This document shows, in pieces, positions 60,433-64,000 of a DNA stretch of 64,000 nucleotides (position 1 is its first letter; the number at the start of each line of letters is the position of its first letter). A program made the translations under genes and the position numbers. Under the pieces are notes generated by a model. It was not told where the DNA came from and ran no database searches. It saw only the letters and a program-made list of their open reading frames with translations. This stretch comes from Octopus vulgaris (lineage: Eukaryota), in NCBI GenBank assembly GCA_951406725.2, contig OX597816.1, positions 44,392,001 through 44,456,000 of the forward strand. The letters run 5' to 3'.

Positions 60433-60677
60433 AAAATACTCATTTTGTCTCAGGAAAGAATAAGGGGATAAGTTTTACGGGTAAAGACAACCAGCGGGTG
60501 ACCTAGGCGTGGACCACAAGCAAGACAGCTTGATTACGTCCATGGAATGACTGATTTTGTTTGGGGATCTACCCAATTCAACTGGAGACGGTTGTCTCAC
60601 ACGGGAAAGCTTGAATACTCTGTCCACAGGACTCTTCCCGTAATAAGTGGGCCGGGAAGATTAGATGAGAGATAAAT

Positions 60678-60907
60678 GGCGGCGAGCTGGCAGAACCGTT
60701 AGCACGCCGGGCGAAACGCGTAGCTGTATTTCATCTGCGCTACGTTCTGAGTTCAAATTCCGCCGAGGTCGACTTTGCCTTTCATCCTTTCGGGGTCGAT
60801 TAAATAAGTACCAGTTACGCACTGGGGTCGATGTAATCGACTTAATCCCTTTGTCTGTCCTTGTTTGTCCCCTCTGTGTTTAGTCCCTTGTGGATAGTAA
60901 AGAAACA
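60678..60907 (+). mobile_element. SINE family B, young copy with ~19-bp TSD
   Basis: Highly similar to 27407-27637; flanked by AGATTAGATG(A/G)GAGATAAA. Confidence 0.92.
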
Positions 60908-62671
60908 GATTAGATGGGAGATAAAATGTCAGAACAAATTTGCATTAACAAACAGATATATATATATATACATTAGACACTTAACAAACAATATTAGTTA
61001 GCTATACACTTATTATGATGTCAATAGCAAGGTCAATGACTATCATCACTACTCTGGGAGTTAGACCATAAGATGAAAAGTCAAGCTAACTGAGACATGC
61101 ATTAGCTTCAACGACCATAGCAAAACCAAGACCAGATAATTATAACCTGCAAAGAGGAAACTTATGTGGTCGCTCAACTCATCTTTTATAATATCAAAAG
61201 CATCATTAGGAAAGCTACACAAAATGGAATAATAACGGCATGGGGCACATTTAATGGAGTTGAATTTCGATCATTTTAACAACGATGAGTTCTAGGTATT
61301 CCTCTTTCATTGGGGTGTACAGATTTGGTAGGAAAAGTGCTAACTTCAGCAGCAACAATTTAGATATCTTTATGTATAACTGAAGATATATTGAGTTTGA
61401 ACACAATTTTGTACAGATGAAGGAGAATAGTAAGTTACCAATAGAATGCTACTTGTACCAAGAATTCACAAACGACAACGGGCTATACCACAGTTGTATG
61501 AGGTTAGATTTGACAATCGAATGGAAAGATATCAATGGAAGATGCCAATGGATGATTTTGACAGAATTGAGTATATGATTTTTTTTTAAATATTCAAGAT
61601 GAAATAAAAAATATATGTGCAAGTAACATGGCATGAAAACCTTGTAGTTTCGTTTCGTATTAAGTCCAAAAACTAGATAAGAAAAGACCTAATAAGCACA
61701 TTTCGGGAATTCAATATTAACCATGCAACAACTGCAATATAAGCATAATCAAAGCTTTAGAAGTTAAGTTAAACTTGTATTTAGATACATATTAAACGTA
61801 CACAAAATAGTTTGAAAACTTATGTTTAACGATAATGATTCCTAGTATCTTTGCACTATAGTTAGAAAGTCTGTTATTGATATGTTTGAAAGATTATCAA
61901 ATATATCATCGTAATATAACAACTTTGAAAAAGCTTTTCATTTCTCAGCCAATTGTTAGTGAAATGCAGACAGAAATGAAAAATTGCATTAAGTTTTCAC
62001 GTTATCAAATTACTATATATCATTTTATAGAATTAACATAAAGATCACCTACCAAATAAATAAACTGAGTATCATAGCAGGTTGACTAAACTAATTGAAG
62101 TAGTTTTGTTGCCTGAATTAACGGTAAATGTCTGAAGTGGTTAGTCAAGAAGCATGAGTTATATGCTTAGAAAGCCATACAAAGTCGGAGAAGACCTATG
62201 TTGGCAGGAATAGTAACTTACCAATAGAGTGCTACTTGTACCAAGAATTCACAAACGAGAACAGGCTATACCACAATTTAATGAGGTTAGATTTGACAAT
62301 CGAATGGATATTTCGCGTAATCTTAACTTGAAACTGTCATATATATACAATCAAGGCCTTTAATATCTATCATAAATTATAGGTAACTTTATTTGAAATT
62401 CAAGTACAAAAGTGAACTGACTCTACATAAATAACATTTATATAACAAATTTTACGGTAAAGGCAGAGCACACCGATAGTTGTTTGTTTGTAAATATAAA
62501 AGAAGTCAAGGACTTAAACAAAATCTTCTGACAAGTGAAAAAGGCAGCTGGATATTCTGAAAGGCGGATTTCAAAGTCGTATTCAGATGATATTCAAATA
62601 TTACGTCGTCTTATGATGAGCAACAGTTATGAAAATTGACAAATTGAAAAGTAGTGTACTTAAACAATGTA

Positions 62672-62734
<63 letters not shown>

Positions 62735-62769
62735 GTACACACTCTCTCTTTCTCTCCCTACATATATGC

Positions 62770-62853
<84 letters not shown>

Positions 62854-63018
62854 AAAGATAAATGCGATACAATAAAATTAATTATAATCGCCGGTGTACC
62901 AGTACACGCCATATATTATACATATATCATTACATTCAAGGCGAAGAGTGCACTAGATACACAATAGCTGGATAAATTTAGTGAGATGAAAATTAAAAAC
63001 TTTTACAAACTTAACTTT

Positions 63019-63091
63019 TCTTATACTGCAGTTTCGCCAAATTCAGTAATAAAAATAGTATTTATTTACTCAGGCTGGCTCTTCAGTAAGA
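63019..63091 (-). ncRNA. Type I hammerhead ribozyme, monomer 1
   Basis: Minus strand TCTTA-CTGAAGA-GCCA...TGGC-GAAA-CTGCAG-TA-TAAGA. Stem I is TCTTA/TAAGA, stem III is palindromic ACTGCAGT, and the triplet is GUA. Confidence 0.88.
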
Positions 63092-63422
63092 TTCCTGTTA
63101 ATGATGGGAAGACCATATCAATAGACCCATGTGCGTCTATCGAAATGCTCTTTCTAAACTATTCAAAACACTGCGCAGACTCAGAACAAACCCGACAAAA
63201 TAGGGGATTGTGGTATATCGTCTAACGGTCAGAAATTTATCGAGAGAATATGTAAACAAAGATAAATGCGATACAATAAAATTAATTATAATCGCCAGTG
63301 TACCAGTACACGCCATATATTATACATATATCATTACATTCAAGGCGAAGAGTGCACTAGATACACAATAGCTGGATAAATTTAGTGAGATGAAAATTAA
63401 AAACTTTTACAAACTTAACTTT

Positions 63423-63495
63423 TCTGATACTGCAGTTTCGCCAAATTCAGTAATAAAAATAGTATTTATTTACTCAGGCTGGCTCTTCAGTAAGA
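63423..63495 (-). ncRNA. Type I hammerhead ribozyme, monomer 2 (one stem I mismatch)
   Basis: As monomer 1, but the 3' stem I strand reads TCAGA. Confidence 0.82.
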
Positions 63496-63826
63496 TTCCT
63501 GTTAATGATGGGAAGACCATATCAATAGACCCATGTGCGTCTATCGAAATGCTCTTTCTAAACTATTCAAAACACTGCGCAGACTCAGAACAAACCCGAC
63601 AAAATAGGGGATTGTGGTATATCGTCTAACGGTCAGAAATTTATCGAGAGAATATGTAAACAAAGATAAATGCGATACAATAAAATTAATTATAATCGCC
63701 GGTGTACCAGTACACGCCATATATTATACATATATCATTACATTCAAGGCGAAGAGTGCACTAGATACACAATAGCTGGATAAATTTAGAGAGATGAAAA
63801 TTAAAAACTTTTACAAACTTAACTTT

Positions 63827-63899
63827 TCTTATACTGCAGTTTCGCCAAATTCAGTAATAAAAATAGTATTTATTTACTCAGGCTGGCTCTTCAGTAAGA
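63827..63899 (-). ncRNA. Type I hammerhead ribozyme, monomer 3
   Basis: Same sequence as monomer 1. Confidence 0.88.
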
Positions 63900-64000
63900 T
63901 TCCTGTTAATGATGGGAAGACCATATCAATAGACCCATGTGCGTCTATCGAAATGCTCTTTCTAAACTATTCAAAACACTGCGCAGACTATATATATATA

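Larger units (their letters stand above)
62849..63989 (-). repeat. 404-bp tandem array (~2.8 units) in (TA)n, retrozyme-like
   Basis: Units start at 62849, 63253 and 63657; only about 3 substitutions were seen by eye. Confidence 0.95.

Noticed and set aside
62986-63629. Repeated 79-aa ORF (MKIKNFYKLNF...)
   Set aside because: Antisense to the hammerhead, without recognisable motifs, and repeated only because the unit is repeated.

Overview
AT-rich, repeat-saturated eukaryotic DNA, most likely intronic or intergenic. The SINE/LINE families and dense (TA)n, (CA)n, (AAT)n, (GATA)n and (GAA)n microsatellites suggest a coleoid cephalopod such as Octopus (inference). No intact host gene is recognisable, and nearly all listed ORFs are microsatellite artefacts; a few weak candidate short exons lie on the + strand. 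Recognisable elements include 5'-truncated LINEs (R4/Dong-type in (AAT)n, Tx1/L1-type, and three RTE pieces, one very BovB-like), a mariner transposase relic, non-autonomous Helitrons framing a local tandem duplication, several tRNA-derived SINE families and many fold-back hairpins. The main discovery is a set of unrelated hammerhead-ribozyme (HHR) repeats. (i) A near-identical 404-bp x2.8 array has one canonical type I HHR per monomer (62849-63989, minus strand). (ii) A 566-bp x1.5 repeat has a canonical HHR (57737-58605). (iii) A tRNA-headed SINE-like element ends in a minimal HHR (~54400-55000). (iv) A three-copy family carries a variant CUGURGA core. These look like retrozyme or Penelope-type self-cleaving retroelements that may form circular RNAs. 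All alignments and folds were done by eye, and many coordinates are approximate.
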